Shown here in pieces: positions 27,381 through 37,510 of a stretch of 50,552 nt of DNA. This stretch comes from Escherichia phage ADB-2. The notes below the pieces were generated by a model. It searched no databases. It saw only the letters and a list, made by a program, of their open reading frames with translations, and had not been told where the DNA came from. Position 1 is the stretch's first letter; the number at the start of each line of letters is the position of its first letter. The translations under genes were made by a program, and so were the position numbers. The stretch lies in the sequence record NC_019725.1; one strand, written 5' to 3'.

Positions 27381-27382
27381 TA

Positions 27383-27736
27383 ATGGCGACACTTGACACT
27401 TTCGGTTGGTGTACGCAGGTTCAAGGGGGCGGTGGCTCCCTTACCACTACCAATAATGACCGCTCCATCCAGTTTGGTAACGGCTACATGCAGCTTGCAT
27501 CATCTGGATTTAACACCACTCGACGCGAGTATTCAGTTGTCTATGCTGGGGAAGATTTCATGGCTGTTTACGACTTCTGCAACTCTCACCGCATTAAACC
27601 GTTCGCATGGACGCCGCCGGACGGGAAGATCGGAATATGGGTTGTCAAGCCCAACAGTTTGGGAGCGAAGCCAGTATCACGCGACGTGATGGAGATTAAC
27701 GTTACGTTTATGGAGCAGTTTACATCTATGGAGTAA
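27383..27736 (+). CDS. minor tail protein (lambda M-like)
   Basis: 117 aa immediately after tape measure, before L/K/I/J-like genes. Confidence 0.6.
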   Translation: MATLDTFGWCTQVQGGGGSLTTTNNDRSIQFGNGYMQLASSGFNTTRREYSVVYAGEDFMAVYDFCNSHRIKPFAWTPPDGKIGIWVVKPNSLGAKPVSRDVMEINVTFMEQFTSME

Positions 27737-27749
27737 CGACATATAACAA

Positions 27750-27775
27750 AAGCCCGCCTTGCGCGGGTTTTTTTG
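27750..27775 (+). terminator. rho-independent terminator
   Basis: CCCGCCTTGCGCGGG + TTTTTTT; followed by TGtAGAAT box. Confidence 0.8.
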
Positions 27776-27815
27776 TAGCTGTAGAATGGTTGCAGGTAAA
27801 CAAGAGGAAAAATCA

Positions 27816-28597
27816 ATGAGCGAAAACAAAAAACTTTATGATGAAGAAAGTGGAAGAAGCCTGTTTCACAACTGCCTACAATCACTGTATCCTGGTGAGA
27901 TAATCACCCTTATTGAGGTTGATGGTAGTAAGTTCGGCGCCAGGTGTACCGATTCCACGGTGAGAATATCCAGTACACTCCAGAAGAAATCATGCAGGCC
28001 CAGCAAACTGGAACGCTACCGCCGAAAGAAATTACATTCCGCGGCGAGAAATACGGGGCGCGACCTTTCGGTATATCCGGGATCTCATTTGACAGTTCAG
28101 GCAAGGCAACAAAACCACAATTAACGGTGGCAAACATTGATAGTCGCGTATCTGCGATGATTCGTGCATATAACGGACTAATGCAAGCTAAGGTGACTAT
28201 CTGGATAACTCAGCGTGATCTTATTAGCTCCGATGGCTCAATCGCTGATGGAGCTTACCGCAAACTGGTATACTATATCGAGCGTCCGAACTATGTTGAT
28301 AAAAGCGTTGCGCGGTTCGATCTCACATCACCTTACGATATGGACGGCATCATGATTCCGTCTCGACTCACGCAAAGCGTATGCTATTGGGCGCAGCGTG
28401 GATGGTATAAGACCGGGAAGGGCTGCGGATATAACGGGCAAAACGGTTACTTTGATAAAGACAATAATCCGGTAGATGATCCTTCACTGGACTTTTGCCC
28501 GGGTACGGTAACGTCCTGCCGCCTGAGATTCGGCGCAAACAATGAATTGGATTTTGGCGGTTGCGCTGTCGCTTCACTACAGAGGAAAAATCAATGA
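27816..28597 (+). CDS. minor tail protein (lambda L-like), frame disrupted near 27935-27945
   Basis: N-terminal ...IITLIEVDGSKFGA and continuation YRFHGENIQYTPEE...ITFRGEKYGARPFGISGISF...PQLTVANIDSRVSAM align to lambda gpL but in frames offset by -1. Confidence 0.65.
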
Positions 28598-29328
28598 TTA
28601 GTGCAAAAATTAAACTTGAAATTATGACTCACGCTCAGGAAGAATACCCCCGCGAATGCTGCGGGGTAGTCACCCAAAAGGGCCGCGTGCAAAAATACCA
28701 TCGCGTTGATAATGTACATCGCGATCCTGAGAATCACTTCATGATGGACGCAGTGCAATACGCATGTATTGAGGACGATGCGGAATCAACTACGATCGCA
28801 ATTGTTCATAGTCATACAGGAGACGGGGCTACAACTCTACCAAGCGCTCACGATACGTGCATGTGCAACGAGATGGAAGTTACCTGGATCATTGTTAGCG
28901 TGCCTGAAGGAGATATGCGATTTGTGAAGCCAGAGAAATTACCTCTGATTGGTCGTCCGTGGTCATTAGGATCATTCGACTGTTACGGTCTTGTTATGGC
29001 GTGGCACAAAGAGCACGGCGTAGAGTTACGCGATCGCCGATTGAATTTTGAATGGTGGAAACCGGAGTACGGAATTAATCTCTATCAGGATTATTACAAG
29101 CAAGATGGATTCGTTGAGATTCCAGATCAGAATAACCCATCATTCGGGGATATGGTAATCATGCAGATAGGGCAAAATGTTCCGGTATGGAACCACGCAG
29201 GCATTTACCTGGGTGATAATCAGATCTTGCATCACGCCTTTGGCAAACTTTCGCGACGCGATATCTATTCCGGCTGGTATCAGGATCATACTGTTTTAAT
29301 TGTTCGCCATAAGGATCTTAAATTATGA
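28594..29328 (+). CDS. tail protein (lambda K-like): JAB/MPN metalloprotease + NlpC/P60 domains
   Basis: JAMM motif HSHTGDGATTLPSAHD; C-terminal NlpC/P60-like FDCYGLV...H; ATGA overlap with upstream gene. Confidence 0.8.
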   Translation: MISAKIKLEIMTHAQEEYPRECCGVVTQKGRVQKYHRVDNVHRDPENHFMMDAVQYACIEDDAESTTIAIVHSHTGDGATTLPSAHDTCMCNEMEVTWIIVSVPEGDMRFVKPEKLPLIGRPWSLGSFDCYGLVMAWHKEHGVELRDRRLNFEWWKPEYGINLYQDYYKQDGFVEIPDQNNPSFGDMVIMQIGQNVPVWNHAGIYLGDNQILHHAFGKLSRRDIYSGWYQDHTVLIVRHKDLKL

Positions 29329-29924
29329 ATGATGTAAAAGTAATCAAATTATCAGGTTCACTTGGAAGGCGCTTCGGCGTCTTTCACAGATTCGCCGTTG
29401 ACTCTTACCCGGAAGCTATCCGGGCGCTATCCAGTCAGGTGGATGGATTCAAAGAATACATGCAAAGCGAGATAGGATCTCGTAGCAAGTTTGCAATATT
29501 TGTGGATGGCGTTAACGTTGGACACCATGAAGAGGAAAAATTCAAGTGCGCGAAAGAGATAAGAATCGTACCGATCCCTACTGGCTCTAAGACAGGAGGT
29601 CTATTCCAGGTTGTATTGGGCGCGGCAATAATGGTTGCAGCATTCTATACTGGCGGCGCGTCTCTGGCTTTAATGGGCACAATGTCCTCGTCTCTGTTTA
29701 TGATGGGCGGCGCTATGGTGCTGGGCGGCGTGATGCAGATGATTTCACCGCAGCCGGGTGGCGCAAACTTTGAAGTTCAATCAAGCAAGAATAAACCTTC
29801 GTACGCGTTCGGCGGTGCTGTCAATACGACGGCAGCGGGATACCCTCTCCCGGTCCCGTATGGATATCGCGCCGGAGGTGGCGCAACTTTCTCAGCAGGT
29901 TCTTATGCCGAGGATATGAGTTAA
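29325..29924 (+). CDS. tail assembly protein (lambda I-like)
   Basis: 199 aa; hydrophobic Gly/Ala-rich C-terminal half; position between K-like and J-like genes. Confidence 0.65.
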   Translation: MNDVKVIKLSGSLGRRFGVFHRFAVDSYPEAIRALSSQVDGFKEYMQSEIGSRSKFAIFVDGVNVGHHEEEKFKCAKEIRIVPIPTGSKTGGLFQVVLGAAIMVAAFYTGGASLALMGTMSSSLFMMGGAMVLGGVMQMISPQPGGANFEVQSSKNKPSYAFGGAVNTTAAGYPLPVPYGYRAGGGATFSAGSYAEDMS

Positions 29925-29929
29925 AATTA

Positions 29930-29953
29930 ACCCGCCTTGCGCGGGTTTTTTTT
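29930..29953 (+). terminator. rho-independent terminator
   Basis: CCCGCCTTGCGCGGG + TTTTTTTT. Confidence 0.8.
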
Positions 29954-29957
29954 CGCC

Positions 29958-29965
29958 TGTATAAT
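29958..29965 (+). promoter_or_regulatory. extended -10-like box TGtATAAT
   Basis: Immediately after terminator, 13 nt upstream of element copy 17 and 37 nt upstream of the J-like ATG. Confidence 0.4.
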
Positions 29966-29977
29966 GAGTCCACCGAT

Positions 29978-29998
29978 AAATAGCACAAAAAGGTAAAC
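29978..29998 (+). promoter_or_regulatory. conserved intergenic element (copy 17, degenerate)
   Basis: AAATAGCACAAAAAGGTAAAC. Confidence 0.45.
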
Positions 29999-30001
29999 AT
30001 C

Positions 30002-33000
30002 ATGATTCAAAAAGTGATAAGCGGATCTAAAGGCGGGTCACAGAAGCCTCATAACCCAGTTGAGATGGAGGACAATCTAATCTCAATCAACAAAATCAAG
30101 ATCCTGTTAGCTGTATCTGATGGTGAAATTGACGAAACATTCAGCCTGAAGCAGTTGATGTTTAACTCAGTTCCGGTGCAAAACGAGGATGGATCGTTCA
30201 ACTTTGAAGGGGTAAAGGCTGAGTTCAGCCGGGTACGCAGACTCAGGAATATATCAAGGGAATGGAAGATAGCTCTAGTGAGGTAACTGTAAATCGTGAG
30301 GTTACTACCGATAACCCATACACGATCTCAGTAACCAACAAAACGCTGTCGGCAATCCGTATAAAAATGTTCATGCCTCGCGGCGTACGAATTGAAAGTA
30401 ACGGCGATAAAAACGGCGTTCGCGTTGAGTACGAGGTGCAACAAGCTGTTGATGGTGGCTCGTTTGAGACGGTGCTCACCGATGTAATCGAAGGCAAAAC
30501 AATGTCAGGTTACGATAGAAGCCGTCGCGTAAACCTTCCGAACTTCAACAATCAGGTAATATTCAGAGTTGTTCGAAAGACTCCTGACTCCAGTGACTCG
30601 AATGTCGTTGATGCAATTCAGGTGAAAAGCTATGCCGAGGTGATTGATGCCAAATTCCGTTATCCTCTGACTGGTCTTCTTTTTGTCGAGTTTGATTCGA
30701 AAATGTTCCCAAATCAGCTACCTACGATCTCAATTCGTAAGCGCTGGAAGATTGTAAACGTTCCATCAAACTACGATCCGGAATCGCGAACCTACAACGG
30801 CAATTGGATGGGACTTTCAAGAAGGCGTGGACTAACAACCCGGCATGGGTTCTATACGACCTGATGATTAATCAGCGATACGGGCTGGATCAGAAGGAGC
30901 TTGGAATCTCCGTCGATAAATGGGCGCTTTATGAGGCGGCGCAATATTGCGACCAGATGGTTCCCGACGGGAAAGGTGGTACGGAGCCTCGCTACCTTTG
31001 CGACGTGATAATTCAGTCACAGACTGATGCGTACAAGGTGATTCGAGATATTTGCTCAATCTTTCGAGGTATGAGCTTTTGGAATGGCGAAAGCATTTCG
31101 GTAATCATCGACAGGCCGCGTGAACCTGCGTACATCTTCACTAACGACAACGTTGTTAATGGTGACTTCTCATATACGTTCGCAAGCGAAAAGAGTATGT
31201 ACACGACGTGTAACGTGATGTTTGATGATGAACAAAACATGTATCAGCAGGACGTTGAGCCAGTATTCGATCGTGAGGCTACTCTACGGTTTGGTAACAA
31301 CGTAACGAGTATTACGGCGATCGGATGCACGCGTCGAAGCGAGGCTAACCGACGAGGACGATGGATTCTGAAAACCAACCTCCGCAGCACTACGGTAAAC
31401 TTCGCGACCGGGCTTGAGGGCATGATCCCGACAATAGGTGATGTTGTGGCAATAGCCGACAACTTCTGGTCAAGCAACTTAACTATGAACCTATCAGGGC
31501 GCTTGCTTGAAGTGTCTGGAAGCCAGATTTTCTTGCCGTTCCGTGTGGATGCGCGCGCAGGTGACTTTATTATCGTAAATAAGCCCGACGGCAAGCCCGT
31601 GAAGCGCACAATCTCAAGTGTTAGTGCGGATGGTAAGACTATAGAGGTTAACATTGGCTTTGGCTTTCCTGTGAAGCCTAACACGGTATTCGCTATCGAC
31701 CGCACCGACATTGCGCTACAACAGTACGTCGTGACAAAAATCGATAAGGGCGATGATGACGAGGAATTTACCTACAAAATCACGGCGGTGGAGTACGATC
31801 CTAACAAGTACGACGAGATTGATTACGGTGTGAACATCGACGACCGACCGACGAGTATCGTTGAACCAGACCAAATCCCTAGACCGGAAAACGTGCAAGT
31901 GTCATCTGAGTCACGAATCGTCCAGGGGATGAGCGTAGAGACGATGATTGTTAGCTGGGATAAAGTTCCGTACGCTGTTTTCTATGACGTGCAGTGGCGA
32001 AAAGATAACGGAAACTGGCAAAATGTACCTCAGACGGCAAACAAAGAGGTTTACGTTGAGGGTATTTACGCTGGCAACTATCAGGTTCGCGTGCGCTCCG
32101 TCGCTGGTTCGGGTACGACTTCGGGCTGGTCAAATATCGTCGCGGCAACGTTGACGGGTAAACAGGGTGAACCGGGACGACCGATTAACCTTACAGCTAC
32201 GGATGATGTTGTTTTTGGTATCCGTACAAAATGGGGGTTCTCTGATGGTTCTGGAGATACGGCATATACAGAGTTGCAACAGTCACCAGATGGAACAGTG
32301 GATAACGCAAGTTTGCTTTCTTTGATTCCATACCCGCAGCATGAGTATTATCACTCACCGATGCCGGGAGGGAATATTGTGTGGTATCGGGTAAGGACGG
32401 TTGACAGGATCGGTAACGTGTCTCAGTGGACTGATTTTGTCAGAGGCATGGCATCAACAAACGTTGACGATATCATTGGGGAGATTTCTGTCGATATCGA
32501 AAACTCGCCGGGTTACGAGTGGCTTGTTGATAACGCAACCGACAACGCGGCGCAGAACGCAGCGAACGCAGAGGCAGCAATTGAGAACGCACTAGCTAAT
32601 GACAAAGACGCGATCTACATGAAGAAGGAGAACGGAAAACGAAAAGCAGAGTACACCAAATCACTGCAACTAATTGCTGATGAGACTCAGGCGCGAGTAA
32701 CAGCAGTCGAGCAATTGAAGGCAAGTTTTGGAGATCAGATTAGCGCAAGCAACAGCGAATTGCGTGAAGTTATCGCAACTGAAACTGAGGCTTTATCGAG
32801 TGAGATTGATCAGCTTAAGGCTCAGATTGGTGACGATATTCAGGCGAGTTTGACCGATATCCGCAAGGCTATCGCAAATGAAACTGAGGCGAGAACGCAA
32901 GCCGACTTGGCGTTAAGTGCGAGGCTTGGGGATAATGAGGCGGCGCTTGCTCAAAAATTAGACTCTTGGAGCAATGCCAGTTCTACCGGGGCAATGTACG

Positions 33001-33419
33001 GCGTCAAGCTGGGTCTGAAATACAACGGGCAGGAATATAGCGCAGGCATGGCTATGTCTCTGATTGGTTCCGGCGCAGCTGTTAAGGCGCAAATTCTATT
33101 CGAGGCGTCACGATTTGCAATCATGACAGGGATGAACGGTCAGACTCAGTATCCTTTCGTTGTTGAAGGTAATCAGGTGATTCTTAATAGCGCCATCATT
33201 AAGAACGGATTCATCACGAATGCGATGATTGGTAATGTTATTCAATCGAATAACTATGTCGTTAACAAGGCTGGCTGGAGACTTGACAAGGGTGGAACAT
33301 TCGAAAACTACGGAAGTGACGGTGAGGGTGCAATGAAACAAACTAACACCACAATATCTGTTAGGGATGCGAATGGTCGCCTGAGGGTTCAGATTGGCAG
33401 GTTGACTGGCTCATGGTAA
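30002..33419 (+). CDS. central tail fibre / host specificity protein (lambda J-like), two frame disruptions (~30232 and ~30808)
   Basis: Three consecutive ORFs in frames each offset by -1; segments align colinearly to lambda gpJ (e.g. SRTYNGNW|DGTFKKAWTNNPAWVLYDLM vs lambda QYSGIWDGTFKPAYSNNMAWCLWDML; DKWALYEAAQYCDQMVPDGKGGTEPRY). Confidence 0.8.
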
Positions 33420-33425
33420 TATCAA

Positions 33426-33450
33426 GGGCATCGAGAGATGCCTTTTTTTG
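33426..33450 (+). terminator. rho-independent terminator
   Basis: GGCATC-GAGA-GATGCC + TTTTTTT. Confidence 0.8.
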
Positions 33451-33461
33451 GAGGATTTATT

Positions 33462-33766
33462 ATGGCGTACGGTATATCAACTTGGGACGCAAATGGCGTT
33501 TATAATAACTATGGAATTAAGCCCGTTACGGTTGTTGGTTGGAACTTCTTGTCAGCAGGCCAGAATTCAGCATCGTTCAGCTATCAAGTGCCTCCTGGTA
33601 TGCATGTGACTACGTTATAAGCCTTGACGATGGCGCCATTAGTGGGCCTGGCAGGAAAATTATTGCTAGCGGTAATACGATAACAGTAACGCCAACAAAC
33701 TCACCTGGGCCAAACGTGTACCCATCATCAAACTGCTACTTAATAGCATATCTGGAGAATGATTAA
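33462..33766 (+). CDS. hypothetical tail-associated protein (frame disrupted ~33608), paralog of next gene
   Basis: MAYGISTWDANG... N-terminus similar to MSYGAFIDVNGN... of 33766..34455; two ORF pieces offset by -1. Confidence 0.4.
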
Positions 33767-34455
33767 TGTCATACGGTGCTTTTATAGATGTAAACGGAAA
33801 CCCATTCATAACCCCGTTATCCACGCCATTCGCCTTATATGCGAGAGGGGAAATTCAATCAGTAAATGTTAGTGGTTCACAGGTTGCGGAGAGATATGTT
33901 CGGATACCTACAGGTGTTCCGGTTATAGCTTTTTGCAAAACAACAAACACGCAGCAGGGGACCGCGCTTTCAGCCTTTACTTTCAGAAGCGGACCCAATG
34001 TTGGAACTGTTTATATAAGGGGGACAAATCCAGCAAACCAATCATACACGCTAACATATTACATATTTGCCATATTTGAGCAGTCACTACCGAGCTGGGG
34101 TATGGCAATATGGGATGCGTCAGGAAAGCTAGTGCTGACAAATGAGACAAAAGTCCTTAGTGATTTGGTTACAATCGGCACTCCTGGGTACGCTGGCGGT
34201 GGGCTAAACATAGACGCAACACTCAGCGGAAGCTACGCAGTTGTCCCAACTATACTTGGCAACTATCAAGTTGTTATCGGCAGATTGCCAACTGGGCAAC
34301 CCATAATAGGAAACTCGACAGCAGGCAGTTCATGCAGATACAACGGGAGCACAACGAGAATAAATGCAGCAGCAACCACTGCGGCAGGTCAGATAATGAA
34401 CACTACGAATAATGGAAATATTATAACAGCAATAAAAACGGCAGCATACGACTAA
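33766..34455 (+). CDS. hypothetical tail-associated protein (possible receptor-binding accessory)
   Basis: 229 aa, Gly/Thr/Asn-rich; last gene of tail block. Confidence 0.45.
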   Translation: MSYGAFIDVNGNPFITPLSTPFALYARGEIQSVNVSGSQVAERYVRIPTGVPVIAFCKTTNTQQGTALSAFTFRSGPNVGTVYIRGTNPANQSYTLTYYIFAIFEQSLPSWGMAIWDASGKLVLTNETKVLSDLVTIGTPGYAGGGLNIDATLSGSYAVVPTILGNYQVVIGRLPTGQPIIGNSTAGSSCRYNGSTTRINAAATTAAGQIMNTTNNGNIITAIKTAAYD

Positions 34456-34480
34456 GCCCCTTTCGGGGCTTTTCTTTTAC
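34455..34480. terminator. terminator hairpin between convergent genes
   Basis: AGCCCC-TTTC-GGGGCT + TTTCTTTT. Confidence 0.65.
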
Positions 34481-34704
34481 ATCGAGCAATCGTGAGACTT
34501 GAAGTTATTCTCTGATACGTAATGGAATGAGAATGGATACCCAGCACGTAACAGCATCTCATCACCGCGCATCTTTGATCCAAAAACGGAAACCAAGTAC
34601 TCTGCGTCACCTGATTCATAAATCGCAGTACAAGTGCGCTCAGGCATCGATGAGCAACCAGTCAGGATGAATGCCGCAGCAATAATGGTGATTAATTTTT
34701 TCAT
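34477..34704 (-). CDS. small lipoprotein, candidate superinfection-exclusion protein (Cor/Llp-like)
   Basis: MKKLITIIAAAFILTGC... lipoprotein signal with lipobox LTGC; 75 aa; located directly after tail genes on opposite strand as in T1/phi80/T5. Confidence 0.6.
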   Translation of the reverse strand: MKKLITIIAAAFILTGCSSMPERTCTAIYESGDAEYLVSVFGSKMRGDEMLLRAGYPFSFHYVSENNFKSHDCSM

Positions 34705-34770
34705 TTGCACGTCCTCGTCGTTAGTGTGATTGCATTGTATGTCGCATTTACTTTTATTGCAATAGCGCAA

Positions 34771-35230
34771 TTACAATTTTTTCGTGTAACGGGTGTCTAT
34801 TTTTGTAATCGGAGATGGTGTTACAAAATCCACCCCATCAGAACGCAGGTAGATATGATAAAAACTCTATATAATATATATAGATAGATAATATTTAATT
34901 TTAGCTTTATATATATAATTATTGTTGTGTAACAGTTGTCTATCATGTAACAGGTGATTTGATTGATTCGTCAAATTTCTATCATATATGTTCAAAATTT
35001 AATCAATCTTGATTCTATTCATGGATATCTGTGTATTTCTAAGAAAAAGCGGTTACAAGTATTACGAAATAGACACCACATAAAAACAGGATTAAGCCAT
35101 TGATTCTGTTGATGCTGATTGTAACTTGAACGATATAGACACGCTATTACACACCAATTACATGTATCCGATTGACTAAACGCTGTTAATGGCTATAATG
35201 GATTCATCGTAAACGAAGGAGATAAGCGCA
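34771..35230. promoter_or_regulatory. second AT-rich repeat-rich intergenic region
   Basis: No convincing ORF; shares GTGTCTAY/ATAGACAC, TAACAGTTGTCTA and GATTGATTG words with region 3223..3854. Confidence 0.5.
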
Positions 35231-36295
35231 ATGTTCCAGGTATTCACATCAAGTCAGCTTTCTAATGACGAGTATCATAGCAACGAAGGTTGGGCGGCAG
35301 AGTATGTAAGCGGATCGAGCCTTGCAGAAATTTATCAAACTTGCCCGGCTAACTGGCGATTCAAGAAGAACGAGACTACTAAAGCGCTGGAGTTCGGTAC
35401 TCAGTCGCACACTAACTTTGAGAGTCGAGATCTGTTTACTGCAACGTATGCGCGTTGTCCTGCTCCGTCAGAGTTTAAAGATCTTATTACTTCGCAAACG
35501 GCACTGGCAGCAAAATTAAAATCTTTTGGCCTGAAAGGTACATCCGGTAAGCAGTACCCTGACCTCATCAAAATGATGGTTGATTGCGGTGAAGATCTCA
35601 ATGTTCAATATCTTATTGAACTGATTGCTGAAGCTGAGGCGCGCGCTGAAGGAAAGCAACTGGTTGACGCTGATAAATATGATGCCTGTATGAAGATGAG
35701 GGCCATTCTTGAGCAAAATCCCGATCATGAAGCGTGCATCAATAGCGAAACTGCGCAGCGTGAGATCTCAATCTTCGGTGAGATATCCGGCGTCAAGGTT
35801 AAGGTTAGACTTGACCATCTGGACTACAAAGAGAATGTACCAGGTCGTGTGCTGACTGGTTATGATGAGAATGGAGATCCGGTATTCGAAGACGTTATTT
35901 TCCCGGAAGCACTGATTATCACCGACTTCAAAACAACGATGAGCGCAAATCCGTTGGAGTTCCCGCGCCTTGCATATAATCACGGGTATTATCTGAAAAT
36001 GGCCTTGCAGCATGATCTGCTACGACGCGCAATCCAGGCTGGCGCTTTTGAAGGCAACTTCCCTGAAGATATCCCGATCGTAGTTAGATTGCTTGCGCAG
36101 GAGAAAAAAGAGCCTTATATCGCACTGGCTTACCGTATGACTATGGAGCAAATCAGGATCGGTCGTAACCAGTACATTAGCGTAGTCCACACTTACAAGG
36201 CTTGCTCTGAAATGGATGTTTGGCCTGGGTACGCTGGCGACGCAAGCGAGATCGAACTTGAAACGCCATCATGGGTGCGTTACCAAAATAAGTAA
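35231..36295 (+). CDS. PD-(D/E)XK-family recombination exonuclease
   Basis: 354 aa; RLDHLDY...ITDFKTT resembles D...(D/E)xK nuclease core; first gene of exonuclease-Erf-SSB module. Confidence 0.6.
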   Translation: MFQVFTSSQLSNDEYHSNEGWAAEYVSGSSLAEIYQTCPANWRFKKNETTKALEFGTQSHTNFESRDLFTATYARCPAPSEFKDLITSQTALAAKLKSFGLKGTSGKQYPDLIKMMVDCGEDLNVQYLIELIAEAEARAEGKQLVDADKYDACMKMRAILEQNPDHEACINSETAQREISIFGEISGVKVKVRLDHLDYKENVPGRVLTGYDENGDPVFEDVIFPEALIITDFKTTMSANPLEFPRLAYNHGYYLKMALQHDLLRRAIQAGAFEGNFPEDIPIVVRLLAQEKKEPYIALAYRMTMEQIRIGRNQYISVVHTYKACSEMDVWPGYAGDASEIELETPSWVRYQNK

Positions 36296-36369
36296 ACGGC
36301 ACAAATAGCTAAACAAATAATTAATGAGGTGTTATAATGCACCTCATACACCAATCAGGAGAAGTTAAG

Positions 36370-37017
36370 ATGCAATTATCACCAGAAACAAACGAAATCC
36401 TTCCGGCTCTGTTCAACGCTCGCAACAAATTTGCTAAAGCAAAGAAGGATGCAAAAAACAATCACCTGAAAAATTCATACGCAACGCTTGATGCGATGAT
36501 GGCGGCAGTAAGCCCAGCGCTAACCGATAACGATATCATGATCCTGCAATCAATGCTGGATACAAGCACGGAAACGACCTTCCACCTTGAAACTATGCTG
36601 ATTCACAAATCCGGGCAGTGGGCCAAATTCTTCATGATGATGCCTATTGCAAAACGCGATCCGCAAGGCGTAGGATCTGCAATGACTTACGCTCGACGCT
36701 ACTCACTCGCTGCGGCGTTGGGGATTAGTCAGAGTGATGACGATGCTCAGCTTGCAGTGAAATCTGTAAAGGACTGGAAAAAAGAACTTGATGCGTGTGA
36801 AGACATCGAATCACTGAAAGATGTGTGGGCCAACGCTTACCGACAGACGGACACGGCGAGCAAGTCAATCATTCAGGATCACTACAACGCACTTAAGGCT
36901 AAGTTTGAGATCGGTAAAGCTCGTGGCATTCGCCCAGCGCAACCGGAACAGAAAAAACAGGTTGAAGCAACGAGCGCGAAGACTGTACAATCTCAATCAA
37001 TCACCAACTTCGAATAA
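36370..37017 (+). CDS. erf: ERF-family single-strand annealing protein
   Basis: GSAMTYARRYSLAAALGI hallmark of ERF superfamily; preceded by CCAATCAGGAGA leader. Confidence 0.75.
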   Translation: MQLSPETNEILPALFNARNKFAKAKKDAKNNHLKNSYATLDAMMAAVSPALTDNDIMILQSMLDTSTETTFHLETMLIHKSGQWAKFFMMMPIAKRDPQGVGSAMTYARRYSLAAALGISQSDDDAQLAVKSVKDWKKELDACEDIESLKDVWANAYRQTDTASKSIIQDHYNALKAKFEIGKARGIRPAQPEQKKQVEATSAKTVQSQSITNFE

Positions 37018-37062
37018 TCACCAGGCGACTTCGGTCGCCCATAAATTTTAGGAGAGAAAATC

Positions 37063-37479
37063 ATGCATATTATCACTGGCGAGATCAGAAAAGAACCTAA
37101 GATTCTGGAACGTAACGGCGGGAATACTTATATCATCGAACTGGCAGAAAGCTACAAGCCTCGTGATGGCGATCGCGAATACACAAACTATACATTCTTT
37201 TTTAGTGACGGTGGAAAGCCCGGACTTGCTGACTGGTATCGTGATGCATTCCAAGTTGGTAGAGTGATCTCAGTATCTTGCGAGACGTTGAAGATCTCAT
37301 CCCGCGAGCACAACGGAACGGTTTACAATTCATTGCAGGCTGCTGATTTTCCTAAGTTGGTATTCAGCCAACGAGGGCAAGGTAATCAACAACACCGAGC
37401 ACCTCAGCAACAACAAAGCGCCCAGCAACAGCCACAACCAAATCCTCAGTCAACTTTTGACGATGATATCCCATTCTGA
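37063..37479 (+). CDS. ssb: single-stranded DNA-binding protein
   Basis: 138 aa; Gln/Pro-rich linker and canonical C-terminal tip DDDIPF. Confidence 0.85.
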   Translation: MHIITGEIRKEPKILERNGGNTYIIELAESYKPRDGDREYTNYTFFFSDGGKPGLADWYRDAFQVGRVISVSCETLKISSREHNGTVYNSLQAADFPKLVFSQRGQGNQQHRAPQQQQSAQQQPQPNPQSTFDDDIPF

Positions 37480-37484
37480 CAACA

Positions 37485-37508
37485 AAAAGGGGCCAACTGG
37501 CCCCTTTC
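37485..37508. terminator. bidirectional terminator between convergent ssb and tail-fibre genes
   Basis: AGGGGCCAACTGGCCCCT hairpin; T-run on the minus strand side. Confidence 0.7.
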
Positions 37509-37510
37509 AT

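Noticed and set aside
30243-32595. Multiple minus- and plus-strand ORFs overlapping the J-like gene (e.g. 31244..31711, 31948..32154, 32401..32595)
   Set aside because: Embedded in or antisense to the J-like reading frame, which aligns colinearly to lambda gpJ; no independent signals
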